Below the pieces are notes generated by a model that had not been told where the DNA came from, ran no database searches, and was given only the letters and a program-made list of their open reading frames with translations. A stretch of DNA of 64,000 bases, taken from positions 35,342,001-35,406,000 of the forward strand of contig CM097885.1 of assembly GCA_044892525.1 (NCBI GenBank), in the 5' to 3' direction. Of this stretch, positions 42,355-54,043 are shown one piece after another. Position 1 is the stretch's first letter. Each line of letters opens with the position of its first letter. The stretch comes from Schmidtea polychroa. Lineage: Eukaryota. A program made the position numbers and the translations under genes.

Positions 42355-43499
42355 ACTTTTTTCTCTATCAAAATTACATAAAAACAATTTCTACAAAGCC
42401 TGTATTCTTTCCAATATTAATTGTAAAATTAACACCATTTAGAGATAATTTTTCATCTTGATCAGATACATCAAAACAAAATATAGAATATAAATTTTTA
42501 AAATCAATCAAGCGTAATCTACTCCGAATGCTTAACAAGAATTTATATATGCATGATATGGTTGTGCTTGTTGATTATTTTTAAAACTAAAATTCGTTCG
42601 GTCTAAAGGATAATAAGTTGTATTTAATTGAACCCTTAGAGAATGAATCTCTTTATCTCCGTCAAGTGATTGAATGAATTTAGAATCATTCTTTTTAAAA
42701 TTTGGCGTTTCTTTAAGCATTATAAAAATATATCGAGGTCTTGAATTTAAAACTTTTGGTTTCCAAATATATTTAGTTCCTGTTGATATACCAATATTAG
42801 TTGTTATTCTTTGAAGATATTTTATAGTTATATGATTTTCATTATTCATTCTATCCATTATTTTGGTTTCTAATCTTGGATTACATGTCATTGATGGAAC
42901 TAGTAACATAAGGGCCTAACATTTTATTATTACAGCTTGATTCCCAACTGTTCCAAGCAAACCACTTTTCAAATCATTATTCTTTGTCATTGAAAGTTCA
43001 AACGGAATGAGATAAATCAATCGGTTGTAATTTTGAAAGACTCCAAATAAAGTTTTTAATGGAAACATTTCTAGAACACATTCCCCTTGTATAATTAAAC
43101 TCGCTTTTTATAACCTTTTTTTCTACTGCTCCATCACCAACATCTGGAATCCAACCACTATGTTGTTTTTTAAAATCTGATTCTGTCACCAGGACAATTT
43201 ATTCTTTCTAATTCTGATGGTCCTAATTTTATAGCTATATCAGCAAATAAATTTAAAACCCAATTATGTTCAAATGTAAATTTGTCAGCTTTTACATTTC
43301 CTGTTATTGAAACTTTGAAATATAAAAGTGAATTACAATTATCTAGAGGGTTTGAAGATTGGTTAATATTAAAATATATTTTACCAGTGTTATTTATTGC
43401 TGTTTCACTAGCTGTTGATGGAAATACATCCATGTAATCGAGTTTCCAAATATCATGATTGAAATAAAAAGTCTTGTCAAAATCAAAACTTGATGCCAT
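42355..43499 (-). pseudogene. Polinton major capsid protein (double jelly-roll), frameshifted
   Basis: INNTGKIYFNI, SLLYF, NWVLNLF..IKLG..ELERINCPG, SRPRYIFI, LRVQLNTTYYP, FKNLYSIFCFDVSDQDE. Confidence 0.85.
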
Positions 43500-43539
43500 T
43501 TTTAATAGTATTTTTATAAAAAACTTTTATATTTCTCAA

Positions 43540-44533
43540 CTGTTATTAATTTTAATTTAAAAAGTCGTTTTAAAATTGCATTGATTTGATTTTAAGTATT
43601 ATTATGTCCTGGTTTTGTTGCTTCTAATAATTTAACCAGATGCTCAAAAATGAAATTGGATTATCTGGAAAATAAAATATATTCTCTGAAGGAGTCTTCC
43701 CCAAGCTTGTGGTACCATTCTATGGGAACCTGTTATCTAAACCTTTTCTTCCTATTAGTTTTTCTTCTTTAAAACGATAGAGCTCTTGTTGTTTTTATTC
43801 TATTTTGTTTTTCTTCTTCCTCTTCTTTCTCTAGTTGTTTCTCAGCTTCTCTTTCTAGTTGTTTTATTCTTTCACCACTTTCTTGCTTTATCCTTCTCCG
43901 TGCTTGTTTTTCAGGTCTTGGATAATCACTTTCATTTTCAACAGTTTGAATTTCAACTCAAAATTTTTATAATATATTAATCCATTAAACCCTCATACAC
44001 CCTCTACTAAATCTATAAAATCAACAATTCTTTTTTTATCAACTTGTAAATTTCTAGTTGTTCCTTCAAAAGCATTTCCTTAAACACATAATAATAATTC
44101 AGGTGTTAGTTTATATTTTTTATTATTAATTGTATTGAAAATGAAAAATAGATTATCTTCTAATGTAATTATAAATTTATTTTGATTTATCCATAATTCT
44201 CTTCCTTCTTTATCCCCTTCTATAAGAACAATTTCAGTTAACCTTGGACGATTTAAAGCTTGAGGAAATGATTTTAAATTTACATTAAATTTTAATGTTT
44301 TTATATTTGCAGATTATTTGGCAAGCTATAGCATGAGATTGCGCTATAGCATCAATAGTCGGTATTTGAATTTCTTGGTTTTCTATATATTCCAATTGTT
44401 AGGTTTTCTTTTCATTGCGAATATTATTATTCGAAACCTCGTTTGCTTTGGTTAATATTTTCAAGTTCTCGTTGTATTTATTAGAATCAAAATTATTAGA
44501 ATTGGAAACTATTACAGTTGGACATTGATCCAT
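43540..44533 (-). pseudogene. Conserved Polinton accessory ORF remnant
   Basis: KYKLTPELL and C-terminal YFPDNP..LVKLLEATKPGHNN..QINAILKRL, resembling a recurrent Polinton ORF end. Confidence 0.45.
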
Positions 44534-44539
44534 TTTCTA

Positions 44540-44815
44540 TTTATAAATTCTACTAAAGGAATTTACGTTTAAATGATTGTTTCATAAATTGTTTTGTATT
44601 TTTATTCAAAGCAATATAATTATATCTTGTATTCCAATGATTTCTAAATTTATTGTATTCATCTTTTTCTAATTAACCCAAAAATAAATCATTATAAATA
44701 TTATCTTGGTCACTTTTATTTAATTCAAAGAATATATTATTAATCAGAAAAATAAATGATCCTAGAATTAATTTTCTTAAAGCATTAAATACTGAACCCA
44801 AAAAATCTGTAGGTT
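44540..44815 (-). pseudogene. Possible packaging ATPase (A32-like) C-terminal remnant
   Basis: IFFELNKSDQDNIYND...EY..F..HWN..YNYIAL pattern; Walker motifs absent. Confidence 0.35.
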
Positions 44816-44879
44816 TTGAAGGAAATGGATTTCAGGTTTTGCCTGCCTCCAGGTTGTTGAAATAAACGAAGTCAAGAGT

Positions 44880-45513
44880 TGGTTGTAATTCTCACTGATA
44901 AAATCTCTCTAGAATTTCTTCATCATTCAAATCATGTAGTTTATAAGTAAATGGTTTTGTGTTGTATATTGTCTGGATGATAAATATTTCCTTGCTCCAT
45001 GAATGTATTATTCCTTTTTCAAATTTATTTTTCCATTTAAATATTCTAACTCTGTTACCTACATTAAATTTTTGTTTTTCAATCAAATCATTATTAGCAT
45101 TATTATTTTCATGTGTAATTTCTCGAATTAAATCAATATTATATTTTGCTTCGGTTGGAGTTGTTTTTATCATTCTATGAACTTTATTATTATAAAAATT
45201 CATTAAATTTGATTATACATCAATCTAAATTCTATTTACTCTTTCTGTAAACATTTATTTGCCAATCTATTTGAGGACTCGAATAATTTTTCAAATGCTT
45301 CTTTTATTGTTGATCCTTTTTTATCTAGTGTATAAATCAATAACCGTTAAGATGTATTTATAATTTTCATTATTTTTCGAATTTACTGTTTCAATTAAAT
45401 CTGCTGACCAAATATTATCTTTATTAAAAACTTTAATTTTCAAATATTTTTTATTATTTCTATATTCTTTGTGTAATTCAGTTGCTAATATTCAGTTGCT
45501 CCATCTAACTCAT
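44880..45513 (-). pseudogene. Polinton retroviral-like integrase
   Basis: ATELHKEYR, DNIWSADLI, YKYILTVID, YNNKVHRMIKTTP, KFNVGNRVRI, FEKG..WSKEIF, TYKLHDLNDEEI; internal deletions. Confidence 0.9.
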
Positions 45514-45514
45514 A

Positions 45515-46287
45515 TTAAGCTCGCCTTCGGACGGATTCATAAAATAAATTTATAAAATAATGAGTTTTAACTTCTTGAAACAAATATTCTTTTAAAATTA
45601 TTTTACTTCCTTTTGATAAATTCTTTTCTGCTTTTAAAGACCTTAAATTTACCCAATTTTAACATTATTTTATTTATTCTTCAGCAATAAAATTAAAACT
45701 AGAAATTGGTAATGTGTGATCTAGCTGCTATACCCATCCTTGATTTTCCCAATTCATTCGATCATAAAATTGAAATTCAATCCATAGATGGAAATTATCT
45801 ATTGAAAATCCTAAATATTTTAATAATGTTTGACTTTCTTTCATTTGTTTTAACGCTCCATATAAATGATTAATTAAATTAACTTTTGAATTTTCATTAT
45901 ATCGTTCTTTAGCCCTCTTTTATTTAATTTTTCATTATTCTTTTGTGAATAATCTTAATGATATTCTAATATTTTTGTTCACATTCTTTACACTCTGAAT
46001 TATTAACATGCTAATCTCTCTTTAATCTAATCCTAAATTCATTTGTTGTTTTTTCACTAGTACATTTTGTGCAAACCTTTCTTAATGAAACAATTTTCAA
46101 ATTTTTTATTCCTAATAAACGCTTAATTCTTAATAAACTTCTTATACATTTCTTCCATTAACTTATTTTCGATACTTTCACATTTCTTACACATACCAAC
46201 AAAATAATATTTTTCTTTTCTTTTAATAATTTTCAAAGATTCATTTGATTTTTCAAGATTACATTTAGAACATATTTTAAAAGACAT
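45515..46287 (-). pseudogene. Zn-ribbon repeat plus HNH endonuclease of the large-DNA-virus type
   Basis: KICSKC..CKKC and KVCTKC..CKEC ribbons, then KYLG...WIEFQF...MNWENQG..LDHTLPISSF...NWVNLRSL..KN.SKGSK; four premature stops. Confidence 0.8.
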
Positions 46288-46377
46288 TTTTTAAAATATT
46301 ATTTAGCATTAACATTATTTTATTAAGAATTGAGCAAACACTAGTATGTCCTTTTTTAAAACACACTTGAGCCCATT

Positions 46378-46566
46378 TAACCCAAATAATTATATTTCTC
46401 CTTTATATTTAGCCCATGGGAATTCTGGTAAATTAGAACTTTCTTGTTGTAGGTCTCCTCCCAAATAAAAATCACTTTTTAGTTTATGTATTTTAGTTCT
46501 TTCATGTATTGCTTTATGAGATTTTAAAATATATTTGTTACAAGATTCGCAATAATGTTTAGACAT
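46378..46566 (-). pseudogene. C2H2 finger fused to the start of a parvovirus-type PLA2 (PLA2X-like) domain
   Basis: YCESCNKYILKSHKAIHERTKIH, then GGDLQQ..LPEFPWAKYKGE and, after a frameshift/deletion, YNYLG. Confidence 0.55.
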
Positions 46567-46635
46567 TTTTATAGTAAAAATATTAAAAATAAAAAATAGT
46601 AAAACTCACATAACACATAAATTCTATTTCTATAA

Positions 46636-46914
46636 ATGAATGAGATAGAAAACAAAATTTTTAATTTTATGAACGAGAGATTGATAGACTTTAGAAGTAT
46701 ATCACCCGAGGACAAAGTTAAATATGGTGAACGCTATTATGCACTATGTCATCAGATGATTAAACTCATTATTAAGAAAGAATGCCTTATTAATGATTAT
46801 AATAATAAAATAAATGAGTTTAGAGATTTAACAATAAAAGATCAAATGGGAAAGGGTGGATATTATTTAATTCTATTCCCACAATTATTAAATATCTTAA
46901 AAAATAAAAATTAA
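46636..46914 (+). CDS. 92-aa Polinton-associated ORF of unknown function
   Basis: ATG-initiated open frame, divergent from the minus-strand viral genes. Confidence 0.35.
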   Translation: MNEIENKIFNFMNERLIDFRSISPEDKVKYGERYYALCHQMIKLIIKKECLINDYNNKINEFRDLTIKDQMGKGGYYLILFPQLLNILKNKN

Positions 46915-47009
46915 GGAAAATTTATTTTCAATCTAGAAATATGTTTAATCATATAATGTTAAAAATAAATATGAAAAAAAATAATTTATAAAAAAAATGA
47001 GAAAAATAT

Positions 47010-47094
47010 GCAACCCAGATAGCTCAGGGAAAATAGAGTAGCTTAGTGACTCAAATATACTGTAGCTCAAATCCAAACTGATTTTAGTTTTTTT
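47010..47094 (+). ncRNA. tRNA-like Pol III unit in the right TIR (inverted copy)
   Basis: TAGCTCAGGG A-box, degenerate B-box AGCTCAAATCC and T7; reverse-complement homolog of 40825-40908. Confidence 0.5.
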
Positions 47095-48687
47095 CACTGA
47101 AAATAATATTGAAATTACTACAATATTGAAAATAGCATTAAAGATATTATGAAAATTAATATTAAAAATAATATTAAAAATAAATAAATAATAATCTTTT
47201 ATATTTTTTAGAATATTTAGTTTTTAAATTTAAATATAAAAATAATTTATTGAAACTGGGTGTAGTGGCCGATTGAGAAGCATCGTCACAAGTCTTTCCA
47301 ACATATTCGGATCGATCGCTAAATGTGGACATTTATTTCGGTGTTGCTTTCAGACCTTTTTCGAATTCGCTTTCGAATTCATTTGTACTTTCATGCAATG
47401 CGCTTAAAACACCGTTGAGATCACCTAATTTGAGAGAGTGAAGTGATTAATATGGCCCATTACAAGTATTGAATTGATTCTAATGTATGAGTCTGACCAG
47501 CTTGTATATTGGAATTGATTTGAAACACGAAAAAGGTTAGAAAAATAAAAAAAAGATAAATAAAAAAAAGATCTGGATAAAAAAAACTGTTGAGAAGACA
47601 GTGGTATAAAAAACAACAACAAATACCCTGTCCTCTCATAGCAGTTTTACTATTTTTTATTTTATTCATGCAACCTCAAGTAGTGTAGTTTTTTACTAAC
47701 AAAGTCTAACAAAATTTTCCACGGGGGGGGGGGGGGTATGTGGTCTTGCGGGCCCATGGTTTTGCGGTGCCACTACCATCTACTACCAAGTAGGTTAAGG
47801 TATAGTATCGATATGGTATTTTATAATTTCTAAATCTTAAGCATATATAATATACATAAAAATTTTGAAATTAAGATATGATATGTTACAATTACTACAT
47901 TTAATAACATAAAATTTTGTATTTTATGAATGCAAAATGGTTAAGATACACACTTAGCAGAAAAAAGAAATTTAAAAAGAAAGTTAAAAATATTCAAGAC
48001 GGTAGAATGCAAAAGCATTTCAGATGCTTCGACGCTGTTAGCATATGTTTGTTGTAAACAGGTAAAAACAAATCATGTTTGAACAGGAATTTCATTATGG
48101 ACATTTTTGTCCACATTACGGTCAACGTGCATTTTTTTATACCTAGAAATCTGTATGACACCATAAAATAAATTAAGCGGCAAATTATTAATTTAAAAAA
48201 AAGAAGAATTTACATTGAAAAATTTTTCAAACTTAAGTTTGTATTCAGGCGTTATTTACATTTAAAAAATAATTTTGACAAAAATGTCCACAATACCATA
48301 TAAAGGTTAAAAAAAATACACTTATGTAAAAGATAAAGTGTAAATCAACAGCTAATTTATTTCAATACAAATTATTTAATAAATATGTGAGAACATTTCA
48401 CATGATTACGTCATGTTCGTGAACTATCTTTATATAATAACTATCATATAGGGACCGGTAAAAAAACTTCGTTTTTATCAGACAGAAAATATATGATGAT
48501 CAAAGTCTTAATTTTTCAATATTTTTTTAGAATCGTCTGATAAATTTTTAAATATCTCTTCATCTTTGTATTCATCTTTTATGTAATGGATTAATCTTGG
48601 TGTTTTCTTTATTTACGGTTCACAATACTCTTTCAAAACTTGCTTGAGATTTGGTGTATGGTCTATCATACACTTTAACATAACGTC

Positions 48688-49990
48688 TGTTACGACGGCT
48701 AGTTTCTGACTCATCGTGTCCTTTTCCAATCCAATAACTAAAACCCAACACAAAACAACTTTATTCAAACTTTATCACAATTACATTGTTCACGCTTTGG
48801 AAGTCTTGATAGTGTATCAGCTTTTATGCGATCTTTAACCATTCGATATTGAAGTGCCTGTATCAACAATAAAAATACCATCATCGATCAGCAAACTCAG
48901 AATTGGAGTTTCTGTTAACGATTTCTTCAGTACATAAAAAGCTTCTTTATCCCGTTCATTCCATACGAATCTGTTTTCTTTCCTCAACATCATCGATAAT
49001 GGTTCTGCTTTCTCTGCGTAATCCTTAATAAATTGTCTATAATACGTACACATTCCAAGAAAAAATAGTAAAACAGCTATGAGAGGACAGGGTATTTGTT
49101 GTTGTTTTTTTATTTTATTGTAATTCTTGAATTGTTTATGTTATTCATAGCTGTAATTTTATCCGGGTCCATTTTAATACCTTCTTCACTTACGATATGG
49201 CCCAAATATTTAACTTCTTTGTGAAGAAAATTACATTTATTTGGTGATAATTTAAGTCCTGCCTCCTTTATTCTTGATAATATTTGCCTAAATCTCTGAT
49301 TATGTTACTCTAACGTTTTCCTAAAAATCAACACGTCGTCGAGATAAGTCACACAAGATTCCAAATTTTCATTTAGAAAAATTATACTCATCATGTTTTG
49401 AAATGTATCCGGAGTTGCACAAAATCCGAAAGGCATTCATTTAAATTCAAACTGTCCAGATTCTGTACTAAACACTGTCTTCTGAATGTTAGATTTGTTT
49501 AGAGATACCTGATAGTATCCACTAGCCATATCTAAAGTTCTAGAATATTTTGCATCGCCTATGGAATCAAATATTTTAGCACTACTAGGTATCGAAAATG
49601 TTAGTCGGGTTGTTTTCGCGTTCAAAGCTCGATAAACAACACATATAAGAATGTCATCATTTTTTTCTTTACGACAACAATTAGAAAATTACACGGAGAT
49701 CTACTTGGTTGTATGATTCCACAATCTAGCATTTCTTTCAAATAACTCTCAACCTCTGGTTCGATTACTTTTGGTATCCGTCTAGGCTTAAACGTTATAG
49801 GTTGTTCATCAGTTGAATCGATATAATATTTAATGACATTTGTTTTCCCAATATCCCATTTGCTTTTGCTAAATATTTCAAAAGATTTCCATATCGTTTT
49901 AGCAATTCCACTTTTTCTCTTGTTGTGAAAATGTAGGATCCATTTTATGCATAATCTTCTGTACTATTTCTGTCATTTTGCCCCGATCTA
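48688..49990 (-). mobile_element. Degraded Gypsy pol (RT to RNase H start) joined to an LTR 3' end remnant
   Basis: TLDMASGYYQV, PFG, YLDDV, KYLGHIV, FLGMCTYYRQF, FIVDT. 48688-48790 carries the reverse complement of the AAGGACACGANGAGTCAGA LTR motif. Confidence 0.85.
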
Positions 49991-50029
49991 TACCCGTTTT
50001 AATTGCATATAACTGGTGTGTTACAGGTA

Positions 50030-50043
50030 ATAATAATAATAAT

Positions 50044-50117
<74 letters not shown>

Positions 50118-53100
50118 TAACCTTGAAAATAACTTTGAAAATATAACTTTAAATAATAATAAGAATAATAAGAAGAAGAAGAACTTTCAAAATACCTTTG
50201 AAAATAACTTTCAAAATATTACTTTCAAAATAATAATAATAATATCTTTGTTTAAAAAATGATAAGTCATATGTACTCTAATGACCTTTGTAAGATGATA
50301 TAATAATTTCCAACGAATTACTTACATAACCAGGTCACTAGACCTTGATATCTATTGAATGATGCGGGAATGCTTGTATAACTAAATTAAGTAAGTATGT
50401 TTGTCTTCTGTGTCAACAGTATCACTTAAACTAATAATTCTCCCTTTTATCAAGTGGAATTAGAAGAGGAATCAAAAATAAAGACTGCATTTTCAACAAA
50501 AGATGGTCAATATTGTTTTAACCGAATGCCTTTTGGAATTGCAGCTGCCCCAGCAACTTTTCAAAAATTAATGACTCAAGTTTTGGGTGATCTTAATTGG
50601 AGAGAAGCAATTGTCTATTTAGACGATATCCTGATATTTGCAGACAATGAAATCGAACATAAAAAAAGACTAGAAAGAGTTTTTCGAAAGATTCAAGAAG
50701 CTGGTTTGAAAATAAGCTTAGAAAAATGTTGTTTTAACAAACTAGAAATAAAATTTTTGGGACACATTATAAATAAAAATGGTATTAAGACAGATTATGA
50801 AAAGATAAAAGCAATGCAAGAATATGAAAAACCAAAATGTATTAAACGTTTAAGAAGCTTTCTAGGCTTAACAAATTATTATCGAAAATTTGTTAAAGAT
50901 TACGCCAAGTATGCAAGACCATTAGAAAGGTTATGTGGGTCTAACAAAGATAAACTTATATGGACTGAAGAATGTGAAACAAATTTCAACACGCTAAAGA
51001 AAGCGTTAACGTCTACCCCAGTACTAGGATTTCCGGATTTACGAAAAACCTTTATTTTAGATACAGATGCTAGTTTCGATACGATTGGGGGAGTGCTTTC
51101 GCAGTCGAGTAGTAATGGACAAGAACAAGTTATTGCATATGGATCAAAGACAATGAATAAGCACGAAATCGGTTACTGCATTACGCGAAAGGAATTGCTT
51201 GCAATCTATCATTTTACTCAGCATTTCAAACACTATCTATATGGAAAAAGATTTACTTTAAGAACCGATCATAAAGCTATAACCTTTATGATAAATACAA
51301 AAAAGCCAATTACAGCACAATTCCAGACATGGATTAACTATTTAAGTGGGCTAGATATCAAATTAGAATACAGAAAAGGAGAATTGCATGCTAACGCAGA
51401 TGCCCTATCAAGGAAAGACTGTACTTCATGTAGTCAGTGCCAAACAGTTCATGAAAACGCCAAGGTAGATAAAAATAAAACTAAAATATTGGCCATAGAA
51501 AATATGGACCAAGAAATAAAAGTAAATAATGAAGGTGTAATTTTTAATATACATAAAGACTTATGTCACGCAGGGGTAAAAAAAATTTACGAATATGCAC
51601 GGAAAAATATGAAAATGAAAATTAGTGAAAATGAAGTTAGAAGAGTGATTGAAAATTGTGAACAGTGTCAGAAACGGAAGACTGGACAGAACGAACAAAA
51701 GAACCGCTGATTAAACAGAGTACAGATGAAGTTTTCAAAGAGATATTTATTGATTTCTGCGGACCATTTAAGAAAACAATTCATGGAAAACAATATATTT
51801 TAGCTATAATTGATCAATTCAGTAGGTATATATCATTGACGGCAGTTGCTCATCAGGATGAAAAGACGACGGCAAAGATTTTAAGAGAAAATTGGATTTT
51901 GAAATTTGGTGCCCCTAAAATCATTCACTCCGATAGAGGAAAAACATTTGAATCTCAACTCCTTTTAGAAGTGTTGAAAACTCATCATATTACAATAATA
52001 AGGGATGCAATTGCAATTACGTTAAAAGACAAACGGCATAAAGATTGGGCAGAAATATTGCCAGATGTGGAATTTATGTTAAATGCGACGATACAGCAGA
52101 CAACCGGATTTTCGCCCTCTGAAATAATATTTGGGCGGAATATTTGTAGACAATGGATGGAAAAAGAGAATTTGGATATACAAAATAATGATGCTAATAA
52201 TCGGAGAAGGGAGATCGTGGAGGGAATTAAACATAAACAAAACATAGAAAAGAATTTAATTACACAAAATTATGGGAATTTTGAAGTTGGAGACCAAGAT
52301 TTGGTTAAAAAAGAAAATACTAGAAAGATGGATGAACGTTATGAAGGGCCTTATGAAATAACTGGAAAACGACATGACAGAAGCTATGTTCTAAAGAATA
52401 AGCAAGGCAAAGAAATAATTCGAAATGTAAAATGGATCAAAAGTTTTAAATGCAGGGGGATGTAAGATGATATAATAATTTCCAACGAATTACTTACATA
52501 ACCAGGACACTAGACCTTGATATCTATTGAATGATGCGGGAATGCTTGTATAACTAAATTAAGTAAGTATGTTTGTCTTCTGTGTCAACAGTATCACTTA
52601 AACTAATAATTCTCCCTTTTGTAGATTACGCAATTCAATGTACTATAAATAGTATAACGATTGTGTGTTCCGTTTAGATTTTTGAAGTGAATAAAGATTT
52701 CTGTGAAACTATGTCTTCTTCTAACAACCTTGATGAATCATCTTCTTTGTTTACAAATGATGAGTCATATGTACTTTATTTAACTTGGTGAGTCACCGGT
52801 TCAATGATCGGATCAAAAATGTTACTAAAAATAGATGCCTTTGTTATTAAAAATAGAACGTCCTTGATGAGTCAGTGGATGAGTCATGGTCTTTGTTTAA
52901 ATGACCTTGATAATAAAAACTTGATAATAATCATAATGATAATATTAATGATTATAATAACCTTGTGAGTTGTTGAGTGTGAGTAGTACCTTTGTGACTA
53001 TTACCCATAGGGGGACAAAATATTTTGTCGGATAAACTCAGAGTATATATAATAATAATAATAAAAATTTTTGATGACTCATCGGAGTCATTGTCTATTC

Positions 53101-53229
53101 TATAAAATATGATGAGTCATCGGGTGAGTCATTGTCTTTGTTGTAAATAAAATTAATTAAAAAAAAATTTCGGGGGGGGGTTGGTATATGGTCTTGCGGG
53201 CCCATGGTTTTGCGGTGCCACTACCATCT
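50030..53229. mobile_element. Second Polinton-type right terminal region (TIR remnant) interrupted by a Gypsy element
   Basis: The last 41 bp are identical to 47741-47781; AAT tract, short tandem motifs and subterminal hairpin motif; sequence continuous across the Gypsy TSD. Confidence 0.6.
50289..52726 (+). mobile_element. Gypsy LTR retrotransposon with large internal deletion and 5-bp TSD ACCTT
   Basis: 5' LTR part 50289-50448 matches 3' LTR 52461-52620 (one mismatch seen). RT YLDD, RNase H, HHCC, integrase, PPT, TG...CA ends; ACCTT on both flanks. Confidence 0.96.
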
Positions 53230-54043
53230 GCTCTTGATATTTTTAAAATAAAAAAATTCATGCTAATTCTCAATATAAACGCTACAGCTCCATTTACTTA
53301 AGTTCGACGAATTAAGATATGTCCCATTAATATCGTCTTTAATAATTCGTAAAATGTAATATCTCACATTATAAATAGTATATCTTAATAGACTCAACTT
53401 GTGTACATTATAAGTATTCGTATTAAAAGTTTACCTAAACCTATGCCTCAGTATACCCAACTTTCTGAAAAGCCAATGTTGCACACTAATAGCTGCTTAT
53501 CATCCGTAATATACCTTATCAATGTCTACCTAATACTATGCCATGATGTACTCACTTTTCGTAAAATACAATATTTCATATTAATAGTTTGGTATAATAG
53601 TATGCTTGGTATAATAAGATTATTCTTTACAAAATACAATGTTTCATATTAATACTCTGCCTAAATATCAAGTCCTGTTATACTAATCATTTATAAACTA
53701 CAATAGTTAATACTAATATGATACGTAATATTCTATACCTAAAATCTATAAATGGGAAATCTCATGTTGATATTCTGCCAGATCGCCAAGTCTGAAATAC
53801 TTCACAGGGGTAAAATTCAACAATTCATAACAACAGTTTAACTAAATACTTTGTCTTATCAAGTATATCAATTGTACGATAGTATATTTCCTTATTATGT
53901 GAATCATTTCTGAAATGTAATATTTCATACTAATATTCCACCCAAATGCCAAGTTTTAATATATCTAGCATTTGAAAAATACAATACAACACGGTAACAT
54001 TTTGCACGAATCTTTGATACCACAAAACCCTAAAATACCACAA

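Larger units (their letters stand above)
40667..47781 (-). mobile_element. Decayed, internally deleted Polinton/Maverick (adintovirus-like) element
   Basis: Co-oriented remnants of PolB, penton, major capsid, ATPase, integrase, HNH and PLA2-like genes. Inverted homology 40667-40745 vs 46960-47050. Right terminus ends ...CTACCATCT (5'-AG/CT-3' ends). Confidence 0.9.
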
